Origin: Schmidtea polychroa
Taxonomy: Eukaryota
Length of the DNA: 64,000 nucleotides
Assembly: GCA_044892525.1 (NCBI GenBank)
Contig: CM097885.1
Location: 41,852,001-41,916,000 of the forward strand
Direction: 5' to 3'
The notes under the pieces were generated by a model. It was not told the origin of the DNA, searched no databases, and worked only from the letters and a program-made list of their open reading frames with translations. The position numbers and the translations under genes are program-made. Shown in pieces: positions 23,403 through 36,567 of the stretch (position 1 is its first letter; each line of letters starts with the position of its first letter).

Positions 23403-23906
23403 TTAAATATCGTTGAAAGCCAACCTATGAATCATTAATTTATGATCTTTAAATTCTTTATCACTTAGACCTTTTATATATTCAGGATCAGTATTAAAAT
23501 ATTTAAGTTCTAAACATATAGGATTAAAAACTTGAGAATATAAAGGTTTCTCGATTTCTCTCTCGGGATAAATAAATATCAAGATCAGTAATCTTTGTAT
23601 CATATAACTTATTCAACTTTTCTAGATTTTTTATTATAGGGATTAAATTATGAATCTCTTATCATCATAATTTGATAATGATACTTTTTGAGATTCTATC
23701 AAGTGAATATCATGGTTTTCGCTTTTAATCTGATGCACTTCATCAATTTTATCTTTATGATTTGGATTCAATGTATCTATATAATCTTGATGAGAAAGAT
23801 TCTTTGCAACCACTCTCTGTATTCCTTTACATCTGTTATCCTTTAAATTAGTAATATTTTTTATAATTTCAAAAATGTTATTTTCTTGATTTTTAGTTTC
23901 CATCAT
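23403..23906 (-). pseudogene. Diverged duplicate of the pPolB C-terminal region
   Basis: KGIQ..HQDY..IKSENH..SLSNYDDKRFI, then LIPIIKNL and KPLY..ELKYFNTDPEYI in other frames. Paralogous to 23931-24420. Confidence 0.85.
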
Positions 23907-23930
23907 TTTATAGTGTTAAAATTCTAATTC

Positions 23931-26900
23931 TTAGACCAGTCGTAATTGATTTATAATTATTTCTGCAGTAATGCTTTTTAACATTAATTTATGTGATTTA
24001 AAGTCTTCTGGTGTTAGTCCTTGGATATATTCAGGATCAGTATTAAAATATTTAAGTTCTATAGGTTTTATATTTTGAACTTGATTATATAAAGGTTTAG
24101 GAATTAATATTTCAGGATATTGGATTTCTACTTTAGCAAGTTGAAGGTCTGTAATCTCTAGGTTATAAATTTCATTTATTTTATCAAGATTTTTTATTAT
24201 AGGGATTAAATCATTTCCAATAGGTAATGTTGTCTTCAAGTCAGAAAGTATAAATCTTTTATCATCATAATTTGTTATAGCAATCTTGTTACACTCTTCA
24301 AGATATATATTATGTTTCTCTGATTTAAGATGATGGGTTTTAGCAATTTTATTTTTATAATTTATATTTAATGAATCTTTATACTCTTGATGTGTGAAGG
24401 TTTTTGAATTCCTTTACTTTTATTTTCTTTATAGCTTTTCGGGTTTTCAGGGAATGAAGGATATTCAAATGTGTGATCTATTTCAACAGATCCTTCTATT
24501 ATAAATTTTATTGTATGCTCTTTCATAATTGGTTTGTCTTTCATTTCAAGAGAATATTGTTTAGGTCTAATAAACACTCCTCCACTTATTGGAGTATTTG
24601 GTTTTTCATCTTTAAAAGTAAATAATTCTCCAGAGTTGTTTATTAATTTATTTAAGGTTTCGTTTTCACTTATTTCCTTTTTTAAATCTTTACTATGACC
24701 TTTTAAAAACATACTATCAGTGTCCATAGCATGCATGGATATTCGATCTCCAAAATGTGGTACTAGAACATCATAGTAGGCTTCATACATTTGAAGCTTT
24801 GAAAGTTCTAAAATTGAAAACCCTATAAAGATTGGTTTATTATAAGTTTTTACAGAGTTTTTAATCTCTATGGCTATAAGGTTACTAGAGAATATCTCGG
24901 CATTTTTAAATGTGGGCTTTCCAATTATCCGGTTGTACCTATTAAGGTCTTTGGATGTATTGGTCAAAAGCTCTACACGTGTGTACTTGTCTATATTCTC
25001 CATGGTCTTTCCAAAGACCGCATTGTTCAGGAGTTTGTAAATCATATCAAGAAATGCATTTCCAGCTCTCTTTGCTGCATTTCTTTTCAAAATATTTCCC
25101 TCTATGAATTTTTTCATAAAAGGGGCTTGTCGAAATTTAATAATGGAATGTACTTTTTTTAAAACCATTCCATGGGAGAGATAAAACTGAAGGAGTCTAT
25201 AATGACAAAGGTAATCAGTTTTATCGGTCTGATCGCATAAAAGTTTTATACAGGGCGATCTATCCTGAGCCATCTGCCAGTCTGAAAGTTCTTCAGTCGA
25301 GATCTTTCTTCTTACTGGAGCAAATGGAAAGAATCTTGTCCTGGATTTTATTTCATTGGGATATTCAAGATCGCATTCTATGACATATCCAAATTGAGAA
25401 TCTTTTGGTGTTTTTAGAATTTCTTGTATTAATTCCTCAGTGGGCTCTTCCCAGGTGAACTTGCCAATTGGAAGGTATTGAGTCATTACTCCCGCATATA
25501 AAGCTGTTGCATCTATATACATTATTTCAGAAGGATTAGAAAGACCTTCCATTATTTCCTTACGATCTTCTGGGTTTGTTATTTCTACATATAGAGCATC
25601 AGGATCTTTGAAAAATTTAGGATAAAGAGTTGTAAAATTATTAGCATTTATTTCTCTATTCCCTTGTACTGAAGAAATACCTCCTCTAATATTATGTTTA
25701 TATACATTAAACATATCAAGCTCAACTAATAATTCAATAGTTTTATTTCTTACTGCTACATCTTCATCAGTCCATATGGTATATAATAATATATCCCAAG
25801 CTAGAGAGGGAGCGGTTATATAATTATAAGGTTTTAATTCAAAAGCTTTTGAAAATGTCTCGAAGCAATCAGCTAAGATATAAACATCCAAGGAAAGATA
25901 CATGTCAGTATATTCTCCAAGGTTTCTACAGTTGAATAGATTCCACATTTTAACTGCACGGGAATATTCCTGATCAGAAATCCCTGATTGTGTTAAAACA
26001 GAAAAGAAATCTTCTTGGGGTGGGAGTAATTCATTATATTTTTCAAAGGAGTCTATATAATCATATGGATAGATTCCTTTTGCTAGACAGGTATTATATT
26101 CCTCTAATGGAATATTGTTTTTTAATAACACATGTTCTTTTGTATATTTAAAATCCTCAGGGTTCATAGTTTTAGCAATCCCATCCAAAGACATCCCTAA
26201 GAAATTTAACGAGTCCAAAAACTTAAAGCATCCATATTGAATGCTTTTATATTTTTCTTTTGTAAGTCCAATAACCTTGAAAGAGTTTTTAGCATTTGCG
26301 GCCAGATGCTTAATGAATAGGTGAATATCATAGCCAAAAAGATTGTGAAATATAAATGGTATGTGTGTTGGTTTTTTACAATTGAGATTACATTTTTTAT
26401 GGGCTGCTCCTCTGTAATTATTTTCTCTTTTAAAATGATCATGGTCTGCAACCTTTGGCTCCTCATCTTCAAACTCTTGTTTACACATCCAGCAGTGTGT
26501 TGCATTTTTATATTCTTCCTCTTGTTCTTCTGAAAAATTCATAGGAAAGTTGGATTTTAATATTATATATAATTCATGTTCTAGATTATTTAAAGTTTTA
26601 ACAAAATGATCTAGAGTCTCTTTGTCAGAAGTTCCTCTAAATGAATATTCTCTAGATTCTACAAGTTCTGGATAATTACTTTTAAAAAACATTTTATAAG
26701 CAGAGGGTAATTGTTTTGTTAGTTTTACAGTATTAGTTTTTGTTCGTCTTAGTTTTACATTTATAGCTTCAAAATCACAATAAACCACTCCCAATGCTTC
26801 TAATAGATTGGAATAGTTTTTAAACCTCATATTAGCATTTTTCTTGTGTGGCATTTTTATTAAAGCAGGTTGATTCTTACAACAGAGTCTCTCATGTTTA

Positions 26901-28276
26901 ATAGCAGCAAGTTTTGAACTTGAATGATATAAACATCTTTTACAACATATGCCTCCACGAATGAGTGTGTTTCCTTTCATAAAACTTTGAAAATTCTTTA
27001 TTAAGATATAATGAAGTTTTTTATCTAACATAGTGCTTTCTGCTTCTGGTTCTAATGAAATGCCTTCTTCTGCTACCATAACCTTCGGGTGAATACTTTG
27101 AACCTCTTCACCATATTCTTCTCCATCAAACTCTTCGTCTGCTTTACCTTCTTCTAATATTAAAAGATCTACTTCTCTCTTTTCATCTGAGATTTCCATA
27201 TTAGAAATGTAAATAGGAATAATTTGTTTATAATTTTTATTTTTTCTAGTTTTTGTAATTTTGGTTGGAATGAATTGATAAATATTAATTTTAAGATTAT
27301 TTAATTTTTCAAATGCTGGAACATCTTCAATTTTCATTGGGTGGGAAAAATCTTTTGGATATATTAATTCAGATTCATATTCTTCATATTTTTGAACTCT
27401 CTGTGGGTTAGTTGCTTGAGGATGTAAGTGTGCAAGTATTGACCATTGAAAACATTTATTATCTTTATTCTGTACATTTATAACATGGTTGGAGGTGAAT
27501 GGTGTATGAATAAAAGATTTAGGATTTGGTGGTGCACCTCTCCAGTATTCAATCTCTATGTTTTGAAAAGAGTGGAATCTTAAATTAGATTCTCCTAGTT
27601 CTTGTTCCACCTGTTCTTGTTTTTCTTCCAATTCTTTAGCTATATCATTAACAAGTTTATTTCCTGCTTTTGTAGAAAATAAATATTTATATGAGGTTTC
27701 AATTTTTACATCTAGAGGCATTGCGATTGAATCATCTCCTCTCCAGTATTTTGCATTTCCTGTAAATTTAACTTTTATAACATTAAATCTTGATCTACCA
27801 AATTTTTTTATAGCATCATCCATTGATGATATTATTTTTTTTTTATTTTCTCTTATATATTGCATGATTGATCTGGGTCCTCGTTTTACTTCTGCAATTA
27901 CATCGGTGTGATTGAAGTCATCCCAATTAAACTCTAGTTTTTCAGCTTTTTCAGTCATTGAGTTTGAATCAGAATCTTTTGCTTCAAGACCACAATCTTC
28001 TATGTGTCTTAAGTAAAAAGATTTTATCCTCATCGTTTTTCCACATGCTGAACATTCGAATATTTCTCTGTTTTTAGGAACTCCAATACAATTTTTAAAA
28101 TGCTTCTTATAACCTGAAAATAAATATCTATCCTTACATTTAGTACAGATTTTGGAATTAGTGTCATCTAGTGTGTTAGCTTTTATTAAATGGTCTTTTG
28201 ATTTTTTATGAGATGTTAAAGCAGTTTTATTTTTAAAATTTTTTTCACAAATTTCACAATTGAAAATAGCTTCCAT
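23931..28276 (-). CDS. Protein-primed family B DNA polymerase (pPolB), with one frameshift near 24401-24405
   Basis: N-terminal zinc fingers, NKDNKCF..HY (vOTU-like), Exo YCDFE / FHNLFGYD, EndoVII-like DHDH insert, IDATALY, KLLNNAVFGK, MDTDS. After KGIQK the sequence continues in another frame through NYDDKRFI to the stop at 23931. Confidence 0.95.
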
Positions 28277-28349
28277 TTTTAAAAGAATCTTTTGGTTGGA
28301 TACGATGTTTTGATTTTGATATTAATTTTTATTTTTTTTAAATCTAAAA

Positions 28350-28683
28350 GTGATCAGGCGACCTAGATCATTATGAATTAGGTAATCTGATATTCTTATA
28401 ACATTAAATCCTTATAACATTAAATCCTTAAGACCAAGTAGTGAGGAATCTATGCACCCCGTTACCTTTTCTCGGAATTACTAATCTATAAATACATCTA
28501 TTCCGAACTTTTTTACTTTTAAGGGAAGAAATTAAGGGTTAATGGCAATAGGGGACAAAGTTTAAAAGTTAAAAAAAGTGAAGAATATGGGGTAAAAAAG
28601 CATATAAATGTGGAAAATATGGGTCAATAGCGCTGTTTTTTTTTTAGGGTGGGGGTGCTGGGGTGCATAGATTCCTCACTACT
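28350..28683 (-). repeat. Right TIR of Polinton 1
   Basis: Reverse complement of 13855-14188. Confidence 0.97.
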
Positions 28684-29602
28684 GTAATTAATAATCGGTA
28701 ATTTGATGAATTTATTGTCAACAAAGAAAATAAAGTGCCAAATTTAACATTGTAAATGCCAAATATTTTCAGAATTTTGTTTTGAGTTCACAAAATTAAT
28801 TAAATTAAAAACAAATAATCAATAAATATTGAGAAAACAATAGAAACAAGTAACTATTAATAAAATTAATAAGTGTTAAATAATTTTAACTAAAAGTTCT
28901 ACGAAGATTAAAACAAAAAGTTACATTAGAAAATGATTTCTCGATAACAGCATCAATTAAATGTTAAACAAGTAAATGGCAAGACTTTTTTGGAAAATAT
29001 TTATTGAAAATTTTCTATTATGAAATAATCTTATAACATTTTTTTACCAATTTCACCACTGATTATTTTTTCCATTGAATTTTTTAAAAAGAGAGTTTGA
29101 AGACTATAAATCAGACTATAACTGATTTAGTTTTCAAGCTCTCTTTTTAATATGAAATAATCCTTTATAATCGATTTTGATCGAAAATTTATACTTAATA
29201 AATATTTGGTTGTAAATGTGCAAAATGTAGTGAATATTTGTGTTTTAAATGTTTTTAAATATGTTTTGTATATTGTATGTATGGATTGTTGTTAAATTAA
29301 ATAATTATTAAATTAAATTTCAATATTTTAAAATTTTTATTTAATTGCTATAATTTAAAAAAATAATATAAAAACGCCAAATTCAAATCGTCAGGTAGAA
29401 TTGAAAATAAAACTTAATCAATCTAAATTGCTCTTTTCTAAACAAACTAATTCATTAATTTTTTTAAATATAATTTTGCTAAAAAATCATAAAATTCTGT
29501 TTTCTCAATTCAAAAAGTTTTAAAATTTTCAAAATTCACAAAAGTTTAAGTTCAAACAACATGTAAATAAATTTCCCACAAAATAATGTTTACTAATATT
29601 AA

Positions 29603-30696
29603 TTCGTTCGCTACCAAGGTCTTCTGGAGAAAACATCCACCATAGCCCGATTTTTTTCTCATGGTTATACGAAATCAATTGGAATAGATTTTACGTATGT
29701 GTATTTAGAACCGTCCAATAAAGTAAAATAAGTATTCTTTTAAACTGACACAAATATGTGACGCTGGGCTATAGATTAAATTAGAAGAAATTGATTATAA
29801 GCCAAAAAATATATAAAAACAATTTATCAATATGAAATTCATTTTATTTTGTATGATAAATTTTAAAACATTTATCAACGCACAATCCAATTGGTTGTCT
29901 ATTATTAGTTTTGCAAATCTCACAGACGAAGAAAGTAGCTTTGCGCTGTTTGTTTTTGGAACATACATGGCATCTAACTCGTTTCTCCAGCTTTTGCAGG
30001 AAGTGCTGTCTTTGTGAATTATGGCTGCGTGAAAGCATAGGTACTTCTCTACCAGAATTAAGTAGTGCAAAGGCAATATCATCTCAAAACTCTAAATAAG
30101 TTTTTTTAGTTGAATGAATATTATTGTACAACCAACAAGAATTCCAAATTGCCAGGTCAAGTATAAGAAAGAAAAGTTTTAAATACCAGCGTATCGATTT
30201 CCGAGGGGTAGAGTAATAGGATCTGGTACTAGTATATACTTATCACATTCCATGTCCTCATCACTGGAATATATTACGCATCTGTTCTTCATTTGGGGTC
30301 TTTTACGAAAATTTAACATTTTGTTGTTTTCTGTTAAAAAATATTAAATGTAATTATAATTTTTAAAGCTCACTTATTTATAGCTACTTACATAACAGTT
30401 TTAATAATTTTGCTTTACAAAATCTTTTCTTTCTTAAACTTAACTTGTTAATTTCACTAACGCTGCTAAACTGACCTATTCAATTGTTATAAAGACTCTA
30501 AATATTCAAAGCGAGAGCAGACCAAATACAGACTTCATACATTTTACAGTTTGAAACTTAACAATTTAGTTCAATACTCAACATGTTCAAACATGCCTTT
30601 GTAAATTGTGAAAAAATATCTGTCACATATGTGTGACGTTGGGCTGTGGTAGTAAAAGGCCGTGTCACATATATGTGTCAGTTGGTAGCGAACGGG
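29603..30696 (-). mobile_element. Internally deleted piggyBac
   Basis: TTAA TSDs (29599-29602, 30697-30700); TIR core CGTTCGCTACCA; RKSIRWY..LDLAIWNS and Cys-rich C-terminus CHVC..CEIC..LCVDKCFKIYH (29844-30038). Confidence 0.9.
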
Positions 30697-30924
30697 TTAA
30701 TCAATTCCTTCAGTTGATAGTGATCAGGAACTTGAAAACGGATATGACGGGTAGTCATTCCAATGTATTTGCCATTGCACTCATGACATATGATTGATTT
30801 AGTTTGGATTTCAATTCTACCTGACGATGACAGTGAGTCTATCGAAATATATTGTAAAACGAATGTTTAAGTGGTGATTTTTTATAAAATTCAATTTTAT
30901 TAATTATTTATCAAATTGAATCAA

Positions 30925-31272
30925 TTAAACAAATTTTATAGCTTTATTTTTTATGGCATTGGTATCAATTGGAATTCTTTTTTGATTTTGGTCTTCTACC
31001 CATATTATTAGAGCCTTTTCCGTGTTTTCTATCCTAACATTTCTTACATGTGAAGTTGTACTAATACACGTATGCATTCCAGCTGCTACACTTTTTCTAA
31101 TTAATTCTTCATTTTTCTTTATTGTTCTTATTGTTGCTTCATTCATAAAATAAAATTTATCAACATCTACTATTCTTTCTTTATTTCTTAGACAGTCCAA
31201 AATTTCAATTTTTGTTTTTAAATATATAATTTTTCTCTTCATCTATGTTTTGTTAATTTTTGCTTTTGCCAT
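30925..31272 (-). pseudogene. Tigger/pogo transposase N-terminal fragment
   Basis: KRK.I.LKTKIEI..EATIRTIKKN..EKAL.IWVEDQ.QKRIPI (HTH-psq plus CENP-B HTH). Confidence 0.8.
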
Positions 31273-33846
31273 AGTAAAACTAAAGTTATAAATTAAATAA
31301 AAGGATGTTTAAGAACATAATTCTTATTTAGTTACTTAAAATAATTTACAATATAATTAATTTTGAAAACTAATATGAAATTATGAAAAATAAAAAGTTT
31401 AAAATGTGTAGGTAAACAATGATGACATTAGTTCTGTTGTTTAAAATCAATTAATTCATAGACAAATACAATTTTGCTTTGAACACTAAAAGGAAATTCC
31501 CATTTTTTTGTGTTTTTATTATCATTTTTATTAAGGTTTTACTAATCATTTTCTACATAATTTTCTTTTAAATTTTGATTTTAAAAACTGTGTAAGATCG
31601 AAAACATGCTAAACGAGTAACGTGTAAAACGAGGTGTGATTTTAAAACATAAAGATATCACCAAAATGAATATCTTGTAATATTAAACAACGGTTGGAAG
31701 TTGATGGCACAATTAATTAGTTTTAATATATATGTTGGGTGATTTTGTGAAGTTTTTTAAAAATATATTGAATGTTATTTAAAATTATCACATAGCACGG
31801 ATTAAGATCCTATTAATTTTTTATGTCAAATTGAGACAATATAAATGTTTCCAGTTTTCATTGAATAAATTTAGCAATATGAGATTTTTTCATCTATTAG
31901 ATCGCCTTAGCATTAAATAGTATTAATTTCTAATTTAATGACATTTTATTTTGATTGTTAATTTTATTAGTTATAATAATAATTTGGTCTGAAAAATCAT
32001 ACAAAATTAATCAAGCCTTTATTAAAATTGTTTATATTTTATATTAATTTAAATATAAAATTAACATAATCAATTTAACATTAAACTCTGAAGACAAGTT
32101 GAAATTTTTGGAGAATTAATTGTAGGGCATTTGAATTTGAAAACGAGATTTTTCATCAAACTTTTACAAAATTATATGATAAAAGAAAACATATTATTTA
32201 TTTGATATAAAAAAAAGAAATTACTATTTTAAAAAATAAGCAGGCAGATAATAAAAAAATATACAAAGTTTACTAGTGATTGTCCTTTGACAAAATTGAT
32301 TTTCGGATAATATAAAATGGATTATACAAAATCAAAAAATTTCTAGAAATATTTTTTTGGAAAAATTTTTATATCAACAAAATAATTTCAAACAAAATAA
32401 AACAAAATAACTTGCTTTTATGAAATAATAAATTTATTATATATTATATAGAAATCAGTTAGATCAAGCTAGTTGATAAATATTTTATTACACATTAGTT
32501 TTGTAGTGTATATGTTTTATTTTGTTAGGAAAGATAACATCAATTTTAAATCACCATTTAATTCATAATATATTATAATGATGCATGCTTGTTTTTATTG
32601 TAACGAAATAAAATACCAATTTTTAGATATATTTATTTAATCAGTAATTTAGTTTCAATTTTTTTCCATAGCTCTATTTCGATGTTTTATGCAAATAAAT
32701 ATGTTCTTTATCGAAAACAACTCCGTTTTTGAAGCACAAAATCCATTAGGTATTTTTATGGTTCCATACTAGCTCCACTCAAACATTATTAAATTCAAAT
32801 CTCCCCAATTACAAGAGTTCTTGATATAATAGGGGTCATTTTTTCAACTATTCAGTCAGTATTTATATCCTCAGAGGTCATCATGTTCTTTTCGGATCGT
32901 ATCCATAAGAAATCTTTAATCATCCATTCATAGGTCAGCATTATACAATTATAATTTTTGCAAAATATAATTTTTATGAAGATGTTGTCAGAAATTGTTA
33001 CTCTAACAGATGTTTTTAGATTGATGTAAAAGGCTGTATTGTTTAGAGATAGTGACTGTGTAGATTTCGATGAAATTATTTTTGATAGAAATTAACATTT
33101 CAGACAAATTAGAAATTGTAAGAGTAGATCTGGAAACATTTCGAAATTTAAACTTCTAATTCGCCAATTTAATGGAATAATCAGTTGTGAAAAGGAAATG
33201 TAATTTGTTTGTAACAATAATAAAGAAAACATTCACAGTTGTTTTTCCAATAGGATACTGTCAATTGCTATGTCAATGGATAATCGAAAGAAATGTTGTC
33301 ACAAAATTGTAAAACATTAACACAATCGGTTTTAAAGTATTCTGCTTTGAAACATGATAACTTATATAATGCATCTTTGAGTGCCAACATGACTTTTTGA
33401 TTATTATCTAAAAATGCTACACTCCTAGTGGCTAAAAGTAATTAAAAATATATTTCTTAAATAAACAAGAATCCTTAAGTAAAGTATGAAAGGTCTCCTT
33501 AGCGCTCCTTAGCATTCAAAGGGTTAAAATTATTTCATTAAATTTCAACCTTAATTTCATTTCAAATTGTTTAAATTATTTTGTGTTGCATACTTAATTT
33601 GCTAAAGATTTTGATTAACTACATCAAACGGCAATTGATAAGTGTTTTTTGGACATAAATTAAAGGGAAGTCAATTTAGCTAATGCAAAGGTTTATTCAG
33701 TAAAGTCTCTAACATTCTCCAACTTTCAAATTCATCAAGATTTTTTTGAAATATAGATTGGTTAGTTGATTGGCAATTTGTAGAAATTTATAATTATGAG
33801 TAACTAAAATGTTTGAAAATGTTGAAAATAATGAATCGAATATAAA

Positions 33847-36567
33847 TGATGGTTTTCAAACTGTATTCCGTGGAACTTTGGAATTCCACAAAATGTCATA
33901 AAATCATACTTAAAATATTCATCAAAATAATAAATAAAAAGACATTTAAAATTGACCGTACAAGTCAGCAGCATTCATTGGCTGCTATATTTATGCGTCA
34001 CCAATAGTGTGAGTGGATGTGAAACCGATGTGTAGAACCGATCACATATGATTCTAGCATATACTTACTCATTATTTATTCAATGGCTAACAGTTAAAAA
34101 GTTAATGAGTAAATTATACTTTTATAATGTAGATGTTATTTCTTCTTCACGCCTGTCTTAATTCTTTTTTCTGCAACATATACTTGTTATTAAAGTGTTC
34201 GTGGTAAGTTTTCTGTAATTCTAGTGCTTTAATCATAAAATTTATATAATTTTAATAAACCCATATAGATAGATTTCTGATTAAAAACTAAACAATTAAA
34301 AAGAAATGACAAGAATAAAGGACTAAAGTGCTTCTAATTTATCTTCTGAAACTGAAGAACATTTATCTTATACGGAGAAATAAAAATTACCAGAAAGCCG
34401 TACGAAAAAACGACAGTGATGGAAACTATTTAACATTTGGGGTTTCTTGGTCAAGAAAAAAAGATAAGTCAAATGGATTTTGTTTTGAGTACGAAAAATT
34501 GTTAGTAATAGTAGTTAAAATCCAGCAAAACTAAAAAGACATTTGAAATTTAATCATTTATATCTACATAATAAGCTACTGAATACTTTCAACTTAAACA
34601 TGAAGATCTAATCAGCAAAAATATGGGTTTTCTAAATAATTGTTTTCCGATAATGAAGCAACACCTGAGATTTCTTTTTGAATTAGTTATCGAATATCTA
34701 GGGAGGCTAAGGATCTATTATTGGTAAAAAAATTATTAAAACCTTGTCTCATAGATTGATTTTCTTACAAATTAAATATAATTTCATTAAAGACATTAAT
34801 AGTATAACTTTCTGATACTACAGTCGCAAGACGATTAAAGGAAATGATATAATATTGTGAACATTAAGTTTTTTCATGTCATTTCAAATTCCTTCGCTTC
34901 GTTTCACGTTGCGATTGAATGAATTTACAGAAGTTGGTGTTTGAGTTATTTTGATTGTATTGGTTCACTACGTTTTTAATTCTTCAATCCAAGATATTCT
35001 TTTTTGTAAACCACTTGTAAGGATAACTACTGAAAAAAAACTTTTTAATCTTATTCAAGAACATGAACTAAGTTGGGATTTATGTTCACATACTTTCACA
35101 GATGGTGCAAAATATTTAGTCTGAAAAAAGGAGCTACATAACGAATTATTACAACAGTTCCATTTATTGAACATTATCATTGTTGTCTTCGTCCTCATAA
35201 GTTAGCATCGAAAATACCAAAAACATTAAAAATCATTTTGGACAATGCGATACAGATAATTAATTTAATTTAACAAGAATTAAATTCAAAATTATTTAAT
35301 CTACAAGCTGTTACCTGTCAAAAATAATGGAGCAATTTTTACCTTCGATATATTAAAATCCCGCCTGAAAATTTATATTTAATTGTATTCAAGACATATA
35401 ACCATAAAAAACCTTATTTAATTGAAAAGCTCTTTGATGACAATATTTTTAGTAAATGTTTCGAGTTATTACATAATTGCCCCTCTTATGATATCTCTTT
35501 AACTAAAATAATTTTTTTAATATTTATCTACTTATAATTATAGTAATATAAAAAATTATTTATCAATTTAATTTTATAATAGCGTTATATCCAGACAGGC
35601 AGACAACGGAAATTATGATATGTGATTAAGTAATGCTATATGATCTTCGATGTTACATGCGAAGTGCGATGGACATGGAGTGGAAAAATCTTAAAAGATG
35701 AAATTAGAATTTTTAAAAATTATTGTAAACATAAATATTCTCAAAATGTGAAGGATGAAATATAGTTACAACTATTGGCACATTTGATAGATATGTTCAC
35801 AACTTTAAATAAATCTCTATGCCTTAAATTAATATTATTAAACTGAACAATAAAATCAATGCTTTAATTTTAAAATTAAATTTATAAAAATCTTGTAAAA
35901 AATAATAATACACAATGTTTTGAAAATCTAAGTGATTTTCTAATCTAAAATGAAATAAATTTGAATAATGATGTTAAAGACATAATTTAGGAGCGTATTT
36001 TACAATTAAAAACCACTACCATGACTGGGTTACAAATCCATTTCAAAATTTCAATAATAATAATCAGCATTTATTACTGACAATAAGGACAACTTATTGA
36101 ATTATCAACAGATTCTACATTAAAATGTAGATATGAAAGAGACAATCTTCTTGATTTTTGGTTAAATATTTATACAGAATATCTTCAAATTTGTGCCAAA
36201 GATGTAAAAGCCTCATTGCCTTTCGTTACAACATTTTTGTGCAAAAAGTTGTTTTCAACATATTTCAGAACAAATACAGAAATAAATTGGATGCTGTACA
36301 TAAAATGCGTTTACAAATAACGACAATAGAACATGTGCAAAGCAAAACAAGCTCATTCCAGTCATTAAAATTGAAAATTTTATTTGTACATATTAACTTT
36401 ATAATACTTTTTAAACTGTTATTATAATATAATAAAAGGATTATTAAAAGTTCTTCTTAATATGTAATACCTAGATTGTGAATATTCTATTGTTTATGCT
36501 CCCGGGTTCTGCAAAATAATTCTAATTTCAACGGTTCCTTTAAATTGACAAAGTGTGAAGAACACTA
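33847..36567 (+). mobile_element. Highly decayed hAT (Charlie/Buster-like)
   Basis: TIR-like ends TGGTTTTCAAAC / GTGTGAAGAACACTA; fragments RKNDS..YLTFG, TDGAK, HCCL, CEVRW, KYRNKLD. Confidence 0.65.

Larger units (their letters stand above)
13855..28683. mobile_element. Polinton/Maverick (adintovirus-like) endogenous dsDNA virus, 14,829 bp, near intact
   Basis: Starts AGTAGT and ends ACTACT; 6-bp TSD GTAATT (13849-13854, 28684-28689); 334-bp TIRs; encodes pPolB, integrase, ATPase, protease and capsid proteins. Confidence 0.98.
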
